The notes: a model not told the origin generated them from the sequence alone. Shown: positions 51,501 through 64,000, counted from the stretch's first letter. The stretch: 64,000 bases of DNA from Antedon mediterranea (GCF_964355755.1 NC_092673.1:33167648-33231647); one strand, 5' to 3'. Numbers and translations are program-made.

Positions 51501-54500
51501 ATCACATTTAAAAGGGCGCGCATCTATATTTTACGTATTCAAATTTCTTCTACACGTTAATATGTGGTTGCTGAGATAATGTCCTTCCGAAATTGCTATC
51601 TTAGTGTTTCATTTTGATACCGTCGCCATGTTAAAAATAAGAATAAACTAGGGGTCCCGTAATTTCACCTATTCTACACTGTATGTAACATGTCATACAG
51701 ATTATACCGTTTGCACTGTATGCTATATGACACAAAATTGACCGAATTCAGCACTAACAGCATATGATATTCTTCAGTTCAGGTCATAATGCCATAATCT
51801 TTTTCCGTGTGCAACGTTTTCCGTGCGTGTGGCGTTTGTCGTGCGGATAACCAAAGTGACGAGTTCAAATCTAGTTTGTAATTTATTTTGATTGGCCATT
51901 GTCAATTTGTCTTTGCCAATTTACGATTTAAAAACAGATTGTTTGTTTTTTTGATCCAACAGGAATTGATCAAACACACAGACAAAAGTCATCCAGATAG
52001 GAGTGGCCTGGACAAAGCTCTAGAAGAGATGCAGGATCTATCGCAGTATGTCAATGAAGTAAAGAGAGATCACGAAAACATGCAGACGAATTCAGAGATG
52101 GAAAAAAGGTAAAGAGAACTATTGTAGCAAAATTACTATCGCACACACAATTGTAAAGCCTTGTCTACACTAAACTTGATGTGATATATGGACATGATGA
52201 TGTCGTATCACTACCATATTTTGGCATATCACTACCATATTTGTTAGATAGTGCTTGTGCTAGTTTGATAGTGTAGACAGAGCTAAACCAATTTTCAGTA
52301 CGGTATCTAAATATCTCCAGTATCATAGACAAATTCTGTGATACATGATGTATCATGGAATTTGCCTATGGGACTGTCATATGTGGAGTTACTGCACTGA
52401 TAATAGGGTGCACAATGGTATATTAGCCTTACAATCAGTCTAGTACCATATCACATTCTAAAATGTTATTTTTCTTATTTTCAGTTTGGTGAACTACCAC
52501 GGATGTCCTTTAAATGAATTTGGAAGAATTCTAAAGGATGGTGATTTGAAAATCAAAATGGGCAAAGCCAGCAGAGGGTGCGTTTTATTTACATTTAAAA
52601 GTACATTTTATATTGTGTTTTGTTGATTTAGACTTCATCACCAGACTACATTGTTTATTACTGAACATAGGCAGGTGGTAGGTAGGCAGGCCCAGGCCTA
52701 TTAAATTTGGTTTTGGATATCCCAGTTGATGTACGCTCAAGATTTTTTGTGTAACTTAATGTTAACTTATATAGCACCCTCTATATAATTTTAAATTATT
52801 ATAGCATGCCCTCTATTTCGTTTTTTTCAACTTAGGACCTCTGACAGTTTTGTATGGTGTGAGCTCCAGTGCGTGTAAACTCTGGAATTTTGGCTTGTAA
52901 TGTGAAAAGGGTGTTATGAGTCTTTAACTTAATTTCCCAGCATGCACTTTATCTAAAGTTTTTCGCATTGAATAAAATGAGGGATTTCGATGTAGCGCCA
53001 ATAATAACATATATTTGACCATCTCCAAATGAGCACATTGAAGTTTCGCATTTGTTCTGTAATTGTCCAATAGTAAAAAGGATATGGAACCTCCGCCAGG
53101 AAAAAATTTCAGAAAAAAATGGAGTGCAATTTATTTTTAGTAAAGAGAGCATAATTTTCGGATACCAAGATGCACATCATTATTTTAATTTAAAAGCCAT
53201 TAATGCAATTATTCTAATAGTAAAATCATGTATTTACAAAACAGTATTTTTAATACAAAATGGATAAAATTAGAAGCATTTATAAATCAATAGGAAATTG
53301 TTAGAGATTAGAAAAACTTTTATGAACCTTTATTTAATTTATTAGATGGATATCTTTGTTGTTTTTGTTTGCTTTTAATTTTTATTTGATTATGTTTTTC
53401 CTTTATAATGTATTATATGATAAAAAAAAAAACAATAATAATATATATTTTTATTTCCAGCCCCGTTAATAGTAACTGCTTCTTGTTTGATAAGGCGTTA
53501 TTAATCTGTGAAAAGAAAGGAAAGGTTGGTATTTTTGATTAACTTTTTTCTAGCAAAAAAACAATAATATAAATCATTATTAGTTTCCTTGCTCTATTTT
53601 TATTCCGATATTTAGAAATTATATTTCTGGTTGTTAGTTTAACAAATGTTTGTTAAATAGTTTTAATTTATTATTAATATTGTTATTTACAGCTATTGAG
53701 CTTTAACCAATGTTGTAGTAAATAAAAACCCTTCTTTTTGGATTTAGTTTTCTCTCTCCATAGTTGCGACTGCCACCAACATTTTATTTAATTTAAAATG
53801 GAAGCACTACCTAATTTAACAAGAAATTGTTTTTCACATTTGTCGACTATTTACCAACTTCACAAAAATTGCAAAAACAATATCATAGGTCATAGGCCAT
53901 TGCAAAATTAAAAGCTTCTTTATTCAGGGTCTAGTTCAGTCAGTTCTAGGTTGACTATGAAAAATTCGTTTTTGACCCTAAAACAATTTCTTTTTCAGTT
54001 TTGGGTTAACTTTTTTGTCATGTCAGACAAAATATTTTTTTTTCCAATGACCACAATCTTGCCAGTTCAAAATTTGGAAATTGAATTTTTAAAATTAACA
54101 TGCGTATTTATTATTCTTAAATAAGAACCTCATTTTAAAATTTGCCAGTCAAAATGTGTTTTCCTTGAATTCCAAAATTATATTACTACAACAGTTTCAA
54201 TTTTACAGCTACGGCGTGAAATAACAATAAATGTTATGTGGATTTTTTAATAATTTTGTTTCCGGCTAATTTCTTTTTCAGAAGATTTTATGCTTTTTAT
54301 GTTTGTTTTATGTATTTTTGTGAGGGTGTTTACTATTACTGCAAAACACCTAAAGTAGAATATAGTGCCATTATCAATGAGATAAATTTCTCATTTGAAG
54401 CTAGCTGGTACCATTTTATTTTCAGTTGCTTGCTTTAGCAAATTGATTTATGGCTAACTTTTTTATATATAAAATTACGACTATGTCATACAGTTTTTAC

Positions 54501-57500
54501 TTTGTCCCGATTCCCCCAGTAAATCTATACCACTCTTGTAGGTAGTTTCCTAAATACATTGTCACATGTGTCTAACCTATATCACAAGATTTTATACTGA
54601 ACAAAGTAAGATAGAGATAGAATACTTCTCAAACTTTCCCAAATTTGACTTAGTAGCTACCAGTACCCCTTTGCATTGCCTAGTAAAACTCCAGAGTTTT
54701 CTCACACACCAGAATGCACATTAAGCTTACACCCTGGTGTGTATAAACTCCAGGGGTTTTTTTAAGGTCATGTGAAATGGTATCGAGAGGTACAGTAAAT
54801 CCTAAATTTGACCTCTATATCAGATGAGGTAGTTCTTGTGCAAGCCTGTAGCCAGGGGGGTTTGAAAGTTTAACCCCCATTTTTTCCCCTGGAGCACCAG
54901 CAGTCAAGTGATGGTAAATAGGCTTAGCCCATGCTTATAATGATTTGTCCTGAATAACAAACCTGGCTACAGGCTTGTGTGACTTTTAAAAAAGTTTAGT
55001 TTATTTTTTGCTAAGCTCGTTTGATTGTATTTCTTTCTTTTTTTTTCGTAACTTCTGTTTTTAGCTTGTTATGGAGAAATTTTGGGTAGGTAGCGTGTTA
55101 CAAAGGGTGATGACACAGCTCTGAGGTGGCATGTTTTTGAGAAATGTTTGCATGTTTCAATCTGCTTTTTAAATTTTGTATTTGAAAAAAAAATAATTTA
55201 TTAATCAACTTTTGTTTATTTCTCAATGCAGAATGAGTTTTTTATATTATTTGTGTCTGTTTCTTTTTTTATTTAATTCAAATTTTTTTTTATTCGTTTA
55301 AGAGCTCTAACATAAGATCATTTTTGCATTATTTAACCATTAAAACAGATAATATTTTATAATGATTGTATCATAGTCGGTTGTTTTCTGGAAGGCCACC
55401 TATGTTTTGTTCATTTTCTGTGGAGTAAAGAACACACAAATCATGTTGTTTAGGTTTGGCTGTTTATAGTAAACTGACTTAAAAATGTTAAATTTGATTA
55501 AATCATACATTTAAGCTTAATTTCAACTATGACGCAACACAAGTGTGACCAATCACATGGCACAGATTATCTGAATTCTTCCTTGTGATTGGTCAAATTA
55601 CATAATTATATTGCGTTCTAGTTGGAACCAAGCTTTATTTCAACACATCATTTTGTAGCTGGCACTGAACACTTGGTAGAGTTTCATCTTCCATAATATA
55701 TTGTTCGGACATTTGGAGGGTAGATAGAGATGCACATAACGTGAATAATTTTCAGGAAATACAGTATTGAGTACGCAAAATACAGCACTACAAACAAGTA
55801 ATTTTAATTAATATGATTTCATTTATATTAAAATAAAAGGACAAAATTAACTGTTAAATTTGCAATAAACAAACTCATTTGACTATTTTTGCGTTAAATT
55901 ACAGTTTTTTAAATATTTTTGTTTTCGATTCAATTTTTGGTACAAGTGAATAACTATTATGTGACGTTAAAATGGCATATTTAAAAATAAATTGTTTTTA
56001 TTATTTTTTTCAGGGAGACAATTATGTTTAATGGGAGGTTGTCTTATAAAAAATAATTGACATTACAGTATCCGATAATACCAACAGTTTAGTAATTAAT
56101 AATGAAGTTAAACAATAACAATGTAATAACATCATTACTTTTGTTTCAGATTTTATCTTCTTTTTTTGTACAGCTCTTAATTATATAACTTTTCATACGT
56201 TCTTTTATTTTCTTTTTCAACTAAATTATTTAGTTAACTTTTTTTGGTTAATTTATTTTAACATACTGTAATTTAATTCTTTCTATATACGATTACATTA
56301 TTAATACTTTAACATAGTAACTTGAATAGAATAGTACATTGGTATACATATTAAGCCTATTTTTCATAAGATTCATTTGAGGAAATAATAATATTAACAC
56401 AACAAAGTGTATCCTTGTCATTTGATTGGTTGAGAGTAAGTACATTGTATCATGTTTTTGCTAAAATTGGTTACATTCACAGTAGGTGTGTAAAGCTCTG
56501 ATGTACACTATCAAACTAGTTTAACAACACAAATATGGTAGTGATATGCCCAAATATGGTAGTGATAAATATGCCCAAATATGGTGGTGATATGACATCA
56601 TCATGTTCATTTTGGGTACATAATGTTGTTTTTACACATTTGATAGTGTACACAGAGCTTTATGAAGCAAATGAATGTTTTGTGTTTTTGGAATGTGTGA
56701 ACAAAAAAACAAATAGTCATTGACTGTTTTGTTAAACTTTGATCCGCCTTACTTTGAATAGAGCAGTCCGTCTTTGATCCGCCTTACTTTGAATAGAGCA
56801 GTCCGTCTTTGATCCGCCTTACTTTGAATAGAGCAGTCCGTCTTTGATCCGCCTTACTTTGAATAGAGCAGTCCGTCTTTGATCCGCCTTACTTTGAATA
56901 GAGCAGTCCGTCTTTGATCCGCCTTACTTTGAATAGAGCAGTCCGTCTTTGATCCGCCTTACTTTGAATAGAGCAGTCCGTCTTTGAATAGAGCAGTTTG
57001 TCTTTGAATAGAGCAGTCCGTCTTTCAATAGAGCAGTCCGTCTTTGAATAGAGCAGTCCGTCTTTCAATAGAGCAGTCCGTCTTTCAATAGAGCAGTCCG
57101 TCTTTCAATAGAGCAGTCCGTCTTTCAATAGAGCAGTCCGTCTTTCAATAGAGCAGTCCGTCTTTCAATAGAGCAGTCCGTCTTTCAATAGAGCAGTCCG
57201 TCTTTCAATAGAGCAGTCCGTCTTTCAATAGAGCAGTCCGTCTTTCAATAGAGCAGTCCGTCTTTCAATAGAGCAGTCCGTCTTTCAATAGAGCAGTCCG
57301 TCTTTCAATAGAGCAGTCCGTCTTTCAATAGAGCAGTCCGTCTTTCAATAGAGCAGTCCGTCTTTCAATAGAGCAGTCCGTCTTTCAATAGAGCAGTTAC
57401 TGAATTAGAGACTTAAATCAAACCATGTACAATTAACATACTCCTTTTCACTGGAATTTGCTTTAGTTAGGCAGTTAATATATTTCAATATTTTAAGCAT

Positions 57501-58170
57501 TAACAAAAGTACATACATTTTTTAGTGAATACTTAACTCCAGAACAAACTGGTAATAGGATTAGTGTATCTTTACCATGAACAATTGGATAAATAGTGCT
57601 CTCGATAGAGTTTCAGTAGCTTGGCTTTCTAATGCATCTATACTCAACATTATACCAATGTTTAATTCAGAGATCAGTACAGCTTCTAGAATAGACAGTC
57701 ACACCAATTGCATTGTTACACGCTTTTGAAATATTTTTTTTTTACATAATAACTCTTTCACTGCAGCATCCACCCCCCCCCCCCTACTTACAGTACTTTT
57801 ACGGATAATTGTTGCGCTTCAAAAAGTAATATTTTAAAATTACTGTCCTTCAGTGTACACTCCCTCTATTGCTCATCGACTTTATGTAATGTTCAATCCG
57901 TTATAGCATTACCTAGCAGTCTTTTTCTATGTCAAGTTTTCTCTGTAACAGTGTAATTCAGGGAAATGTTTGTTTTTGTGTATTTTTTATAAAACTATAA
58001 CAAGAATTTCAAATATTTTGTTATTTTCCGAAATACCATTTTCCATAAGCCCTAGGTGAATGTACACGCTCATACGCCCTCTTTCTAACCCTTCTCGCCA
58101 CACAAACGTGAGAATAAATGCTGCAATGAAATGGTTCATATTTTTTTATTCATTCAATTTTTTTCAATTT

Positions 58171-58204
<34 letters not shown>

Positions 58205-61200
58205 AATTATTTCTTTAATGTCTACTGTTACAATACAGTACCTCAAACAAAATCAACATATACGTTTTTTAGATTTTAGTTTTAGTCTTTATATAATTTG
58301 TAGATTATAATAGTAATAATACAGTAGGACCCCCATTAAGGGGACACTGCTAATTAAGGGACACGTTTTTGGTAAACAAGGCAAAATCTTTGAACACTGG
58401 CCAACCCCTATTCAGAGGACACCCCTATTAAGGGGACACTGCTAATTGAGGCGTTTTTGGTAAACAAGGCAAAATCTTTGAACACTGTGGCCAACCCCTA
58501 TTCAGAGGACACCCCTATTAAGGGGACACTGCTAATTGAGGCGTTTTTGGTAAACAAGGCACAATCTTTGAACACTGTGGCCAACCCCTATTCAGAGGAC
58601 ACCCCTATTAAGGGGACACTGCTAATTGAGGCGTTTTTGGTAAACAAGGCAAAATCTTTGAACACTGTGGCCAACCCCTATTCAGAGGACACCCCTATTA
58701 AGGGGACACTGCTAATTGAGGCGTTTTTGGTAAACAAGGCAAAATCTTTGAACACTGTGGCCAACCCCTATTCAGAGGACACCCCTATTAAGGGGACACT
58801 GCTAATTGAGGCGTTTTTGGTAAACAAGGCAAAATCTTTGAACACTGTGGCCAACCCCTATTCAGAGGACACCCCTATTAAGGGGACACTGCTAATTGAG
58901 GCGTTTTTGGTAAACAAGGCAAAATCTTTGAACACTGTGGCCAACCCCTATTCAGAGGACACCCCTATTAAGGGGACACTGCTAATTGAGGCGTTTTTGG
59001 TAAACAAGGCAAAATCTTTGAACACTGTGGCCAACCCCTATTCAGAGGACACCCCTATTAAGGGGACACTGCTAATTGAGGCGTTTTTGGTAAACAAGGC
59101 AAAATCTTTGAACACTGTGGCCAACCCCTATTCAGAGGAAACGCCTATTAAGGGGACATGCTGTTCGGTCGCTAGGGTGTCCCCATAACAGGGGTTGTAC
59201 TGTAATATGCATAGTTTACTTAATTAAGTTAGATAGTCACTTTCTTCTTCATTTTACAACCTTACCTAATTTCGTTCACACTAAAGAGGAAACATATTTT
59301 GTAAGATTTACCGTTTAAATAACCAACCCTTAAAACATTATATAGCTTCATCTTGAATATAATATTTTTGAAAATTAAAATTTTTTTTGATTTAAAAAAC
59401 GATTTGGACACTCAAGGGGACACTTTCCTGTGAAACGATAAAGGAGTAAACATTAATGAGACACTTCCCAAAGATGCCTCCTTAATAGAGGTTCTTTATT
59501 AATAAAAATAAGTTGATGCATGTCAGCCAGTCAAAGCTATTGTTAACAAGCACGAAGAAGTACGAGTGCGCTATCTGTCTTGGAAATTCTCGAATTACTT
59601 TTCTCTGAAGAGTTATAAAACAAGTTTTGTTTACTTTTTTAAATAATTGTTTTTAAGCAAATTTGCATCTTGTTATGTCATGACAAACAAAATTAATGCC
59701 AGTGTTTAATTTAAGCATTTCTCTTAATTATATCGTAATTACAAGACTAAACATATACGTATGCAATCTCTTTTGTTGCCTATTGAAATAGTTTGTGTTG
59801 CTCATCTAATTTTTTTTCCTGTTGACTTTTGTCTGTTTTTTTTTTCTCCTTTTATTTTCCATCCTTAATTTGTTTGATTGTAAATTTGAGTTGAATATTT
59901 TATTTATTTTTTAGGGACAAGAGACGCATGAATTCAAACATTTAATAAAACTTTCACAGTACGAAGTTGAAGACAATTTGCCAAAAGGAAAAGGAAAGGT
60001 TTGTTTGTACTTGTAGTACTGTATGTAGTAAGCCTTCATGGTTACTGCCAGTTAGATCTTTTTGAGTGATGTTACTGCAAAAATGATATGTCATCACAAT
60101 TTAGCAACGTTTATATGTACGGCCATACTGCGTTGAAACACCGGTTCTCGTCAGATCACCGAAGTTAAGCAACGTTGGGCCCGGTTGCGTTCTGGATGGG
60201 AGACCGTCTAGAAATCGTGGCGGGTGCTGTATATACTGGAGAGTGATGGTGTAATGGTAATATCGGACTAGCATGTGATAGGCATGGGTTCGAGGTTATC
60301 TGTACCATACTAATTGCATCCTTAGGCAAGATGCTTTACTCTCATTGCTTAATCTGGTAGGCGCTGCACTGCTGGCTGCCGTGGGTCCGTGGAGGGCCTA
60401 ATCCGAATTTCCTCACTGAGGACAAATATTAATACAAAATACAAAAATACAAAATAAATACAATTTAGCAACGTTGGGACTGCTAGATAACTTGAATCTT
60501 TTAGGCATAATGGGCGTTATATGGTTAGGTATTGAATTAGTATACGAGAGGCGTGTGACTACCTGTTCCATTGATTGTACCCTTTCAATACAAGATGCTT
60601 TATTTGCATTGCCTTGTCCTTCAGATAGGATGTAAAGAACTTGGTACCCTATTTTGCTGTGGGTCCATAGATGACCTATTCCAAATTTTCTCAGTTTCCC
60701 ATTAAGCCCAAGGATGGTTATAATTAAATGTCATTTTGTTTTCACTATACAACTAATTGTTAAATTAATTCCCTCTTTACAGTGGAATTGGTGTTTCTGG
60801 CTGACACCAAAAGAGGGTATTCCAGAATTAACACCAGTTGAAATTTACACTAAAACTGAAGAAATGATGCTGAGATGGGTTACTAGCATCAAAACAGCCA
60901 AGTATGTTGTACACTTTTTTTTTTATTTGATAAACAAAAAAACCCTTGTTAAGCTCTCCTAAATTAGTCTTGTGAATCTTTCTGACATTCACAATTATTG
61001 CTGAGAAATGTCTTAATTTTAATATTACTAAAATCCAAATGATATTACTGTGACTGTTTAAATTGTTGACAGAAGAAGACCTAGGTGTGTTTTTAACGAT
61101 TTGAATATACATTCTCTTTGTAGAGACAACATCAACCCAAAACATGGAACCCATCACAAATTTGAATTTACCAGCTTTACAGACCCTACATACTGTGAAG

Positions 61201-63943
61201 GTTGCATGAAACTTTTGAGGTTAGTAAAGTATTCAAAAATGCATAAAGCTCTGTCATAACTAGTTTGACAAAATAAGTGTCATATGCCCAAATAATTATA
61301 GTGATATGCCCAAATATGGTAGTGATATGACATCATCATGTCCATATATAGGCACATCAAACTTTGTTTGTCACATAAAGTTATATAGTGTAGACAGCTT
61401 TAGGTAGCCATGGTCACTTCACTTATTTCTGGGAGCCTAGAAGTTAAGTTAAGCTTTATTTAGGCTTCTTTCCACATCTTTTTTGTTTTTTAATTATTAT
61501 AGAACTTACTATAATTATTATTGTGTTTTGAGAATATATTGAATAAACTAATTAAATACTATAGCATCTTCAAAATAAGAATTGGCACTTAACACTCAAC
61601 TGTCAAAATGAGTGTCTAGGGTTACCCTCAGGTAATATTAAAAAAATAAAGTGCACATGACCAGACATTACCAAACACCCATATGCCAATCACAACACAA
61701 CAATTTGTCCTTCAGGTCAAAGGTTAAAAGTTATCGCATTTATCCGATAATCTGATTTAAATGAGTAGAATCAGAACCATCTTTGTCCCTCCTTGACTCA
61801 CTCAAGTGGTAGACACACAAACAAGCATTGCTCTTTTGGTTTTTCCCACCATTTTTCTTCATTTTAAATATAATCTCATGCAATTTGGAAAATAAGTTGA
61901 AGTAAAGAAAGAAATTTGAAAATGTTGATCTTTACAATAGTTTAGTTTGTGGTTTACTGGGAGTCCAACGCAACAATAATAATTTATTATATTATTATTA
62001 TTTAAGGGGCGTGTTCTTCCAAGGATACAAATGTACCAGATGTAGAAAAGCTGCACACAAAGATTGTTTAACAAAAAAGATCATCATGGCATGTGTGCCA
62101 AGAAGGCCCACTACATGTGAGTACAACTTTATTGTCTTTTAAATCATCGTGGTTTTCATTGTATACCATCATTGTAACAACGCTATTGTCCTTTTTATCA
62201 TCATAATTGTCATTTATATTGTCATTTTTACATTGATTCATTTGTCATTATATATCATCAATGTAACAGCATTGTCATTTATCATCATTGTCATAGATTA
62301 TCATTGTCCTTTATATATCACCATTGTCATCTCCATTGTCATTTGCATAATTGTCCTTTATATATCACCATTGTCATCTCCATTGTCATTTGCATAATTG
62401 TCCTTTATATACATTATCATTGTCCTTTATATCATCATTGTCATCTCCATTGTCCTTTATATCATTATTGTCATACATTATCATTGTCCTTTATATCATC
62501 ATTGTCATCTCCATTGTCCTTTATCATCATTGTCATACAATATCATTGTCATTTATATCATCATTGTCATCTCCATTGTCATTTATCATCATTGTCATAC
62601 ATTATCATTGTCCTTTATATCATCATCAATGTCATCACCATTGTAATTTGCATAATTGTCATTTATCATCATTTTCATACAATATCATTGTCCTTTATAT
62701 CATCATCAATGTCATCTCCGTTGTCATTTGCATAATTGACATTTATATCATCATACATTGTCGTTTTTATAAATTTTCAATGTATTTCTCTATTTTTCAT
62801 GTTTTATAATTTGATGTTACAGCCTCCAAAAAGCCAGTAATAGATGTCGCTAAAGCTAGGAGTAATTACTCAGGACTTCCTCCACCTCCTGATAATCATA
62901 CACCGGTGAAGTTTGATAAAGGTCACGTTCTTGAAATCTACGATAAAGTTGACGATTACTGGTGGATTGGATGCAATACGTCGACACTGCAAACTGGATA
63001 CATTCCCACAAAGTACCTGGTGAGTTCTTTTGGCGCAGCGTGTTAGTTCAAGTCCATGCTCATCGCATTACTTGTATCCTTTTCAATTTATCAAATGATT
63101 ATTTTGTTTCATACGCATCCAACAGCGAGTCGCTCGCCAATTACAGGACTATTTTATAATTTATCATGCTTATATAAAGTCTCATTTGAGGCTTAGGGAG
63201 TTGAAAAAGTTGTGAGTTACAACACGTTAACTACCAAGCTACAGCTACATAACTTGCCTTTGTCTTTTTCCACCATATACAATATATTTAAAAAAAAAAA
63301 AATGCTTTCCAAAATAAACGCCCCCTAAAAACTTTTCCGAAAGGGTAATACTGTAATGCTGACTAAATGAAAGCAACAGCTTAGCTCTGAGAGATAGTAT
63401 GTATGGGAAATTCAAGGGTTTTGATCATGCTACATATTGTTAGGGTGAAATTTTAAGTTAATTTATTTTTTATTTTATAGGAAAGGCCACAATATCAAGA
63501 AACAACCATCACACCAGGTAATTCAATAAGGCAGCCTGGCAGTCCACACCCACATCCTTCAAACCTGTTTGAATATAAATGGTTAGTATGTGTTTCGGTC
63601 ATTTTTCAATAAAATGTTCAAATAAAGTAAATATATAAATGAATTTTTTGTTGACCAATATTTGGGCAGTATGTGTGTCAAAGGTCAACAAAATGTTCAT
63701 AGAGTCATAATTTGTTTAAGGCCTTTAATACTTATCCCTGACCAAGTTCATGAAAAATGTACACTGCATAACACACATTGCCCTCAGCCTATAATAGTAG
63801 TTATAAATCTTGTGTTTTATTATTTTTAGGTTTGTTGGTACAATGGAACGTGCAAGTGCTAATGAACAACTAAAAGATACATCTGATGGCTGTTTCTTAG
63901 TTCGTGAAAGGGGCGAAGGTGGTGGTTATGCTATTAGTATCAG
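39573..63943 (+). CDS. VAV: Vav guanine nucleotide exchange factor, 3'-incomplete. Exons 39573-39779, 45330-45446, 45870-45928, 46949-47014, 47865-47976, 48633-48731, 48953-49021, 49429-49626, 50178-50273, 51963-52108, 52485-52577, 53461-53524, 59915-59998, 60783-60901, 61124-61219, 62007-62116, 62823-63019, 63481-63581, 63830-63943
   Basis: CH domain ([35 protein letters not shown]); acidic tyrosines (EDIY, DEIY, EGIYDDL); DH ([28 protein letters not shown]); PH ([17 protein letters not shown]); C1 ([21 protein letters not shown]); N-SH3 with Pro-rich loop; SH2 (WFVGTMER..GCFLVRE). GT/AG sites keep the frame. Confidence 0.95.
42512..42582 (-). mobile_element. tRNA-derived SINE head or tRNA pseudogene
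   Basis: The reverse complement gctcggtggtctagaggtatgaatgccaggctagtaatctggaggttaggggttcaagccccacccgag has A and B boxes and an imperfect cloverleaf. Confidence 0.6.
44911..45043. mobile_element. MITE with 16-bp TIRs
   Basis: ggccaactcagacagc ... gctgtctgagttggcc, with an inner caggaga/tctcctg hairpin. Confidence 0.75.
47210..47730. repeat. Degenerate tandem repeat, ~140-200-bp period x4
   Basis: gtgat..cacccaYtctta..aacttggcaccc at ~47211, 47412, 47559 and 47697. Confidence 0.7.
48004..48430. mobile_element. MITE (cagtagaa...ttctactg) with an internal ~58-bp tandem repeat x7
   Basis: Unit ggagacacccctaagggacactttgcaatgaaacaaatgagggacacacctatcca between inverted ends. Confidence 0.8.
49775..50045. 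repeat. Purine-rich minisatellite (cc(c)aaa(a)gaagga..gggg)
   Basis: Degenerate ~20-bp units with G-runs. Confidence 0.8.
50279..51876 (+). mobile_element. Helentron/HINE-like non-autonomous element
   Basis: 5' end ttattagttatccgcattcagcggataact (hairpin, duplicated at ~50346); 3' subterminal inverted copy gcggataac followed by ...ctagtt; internal ~355-bp duplication (tgtgacRtcatcRtatggcca at ~51081 and ~51437). Confidence 0.65.
52990..53433 (+). mobile_element. L1/Tx1-like LINE 3' fragment
   Basis: Translates to [14 protein letters not shown]...ESIIFG...[14 protein letters not shown] (zf-RVT-like tail) and ends in a T-rich UTR and poly(A) at ~53422. Confidence 0.7.
55512..55637. mobile_element. 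Degenerate copy of the aagctt..ccaagctt MITE
   Basis: gaccaatcaca/tgtgattggtc hairpin; right end ctagttggaaccaagcttta. Confidence 0.65.
56738..57397. repeat. Compound minisatellite: 35-bp unit x7 followed by a derived 20-bp unit x~21
   Basis: tttgatccgccttactttgaatagagcagtccgtc, then tttSaatagagcagtccgtc. Confidence 0.97.
58322..59202. mobile_element. TA-flanked MITE (cagtaggacccc...ggggttgtactg) with an internal 90-bp tandem repeat x~9
   Basis: ta|cagt ... actg|ta ends; near-identical 90-bp units containing acccctattaaggggacac. Confidence 0.85.
60112..60459 (+). mobile_element. Chimeric 5S rRNA + tRNA-derived SINE with a 16-bp TSD
   Basis: 5S-like head 60117-60231 (tacggccatac..gatcaccgaagttaagc..ggatgggagacc..gtgctgta); tRNA-like part (tggtgtaatggt..gggttcgag); core tccttaggcaagatgcttt; (aaatac)n tail; TSD acaatttagcaacgtt at 60096-60111 and 60460-60475. 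Confidence 0.88.
60590..60712 (+). mobile_element. Older SINE core/tail fragment related to 60112-60459
   Basis: caagatgcttta..cattgc..gctgtgggtcc..aattttctcagtttcc. Confidence 0.55.
62145..62765. repeat. Low-complexity (atc/attgtc)n repeat in a Vav intron
   Basis: Repeated atcattgtcctttat and cattgtcatctcc units. Confidence 0.9.
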
Positions 63944-64000
63944 GTGAGTTTTGGTACAGGACTTAGCTTGGTGGTAAATATTTTTGTTTGCAAATTCCAG

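Noticed and set aside
56014-56091. Possible duplicated Vav PH exon (cag|GGAGACAATTAT = GDNY, resembling vertebrate Vav)
   Set aside because: In-frame TAA after five codons, and it directly continues a dispersed repeat also seen at ~7720-7860, so probably coincidental.
56738-57397. 35-bp repeats of CRISPR-repeat length
   Set aside because: Head-to-tail with no spacers.
58457-59188. 243-aa ORF of 30-aa repeats
   Set aside because: A by-product of a stop-free 90-bp tandem unit inside an intronic MITE; no ATG start and no synonymous divergence.
60117-60231. Functional 5S rRNA gene
   Set aside because: Diverged, lacks an oligo-T terminator, continues into tRNA-like SINE body and is enclosed by a TSD.
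62149-62809. His/Cys/Ile-rich ORFs in several frames
   Set aside because: Translations of a low-complexity atc/attgtc repeat in a Vav intron.

Overview
AT-rich, intron-containing animal genomic DNA. It is probably a marine invertebrate deuterostome such as an echinoderm, but that is inference from gene and repeat content only. Five protein-coding loci: (1,2) two tandem minus-strand paralogues encoding an NLR-type protein with an N-terminal DZIP3/hRUL138-like HEPN domain (RNxxxH motif intact), NACHT and LRRs. The copy at 8.9-13.7 kb has a +1 frameshift in its HEPN exon, and the copy at 0.6-4.9 kb has a shortened HEPN loop and linker. (3) A divergently oriented multi-exon SWT1 gene (WW + PIN RNase + helical C-terminus). 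(4) A single-exon GT31 beta-1,3-glycosyltransferase-like gene with an NQQP repeat stem and degenerate catalytic motifs. (5) A Vav GEF gene (CH-acidic-DH-PH-C1-SH3-SH2) that runs off the window end. Non-coding DNA holds several MITE families, LINE 3' fragments, a Helentron-like element, a young 5S+tRNA chimeric SINE with a 16-bp TSD, and several tandem arrays, three of which visibly arose inside or at the edge of MITEs. All exon boundaries were read by hand from GT/AG sites and reading-frame continuity; no database searches were run.
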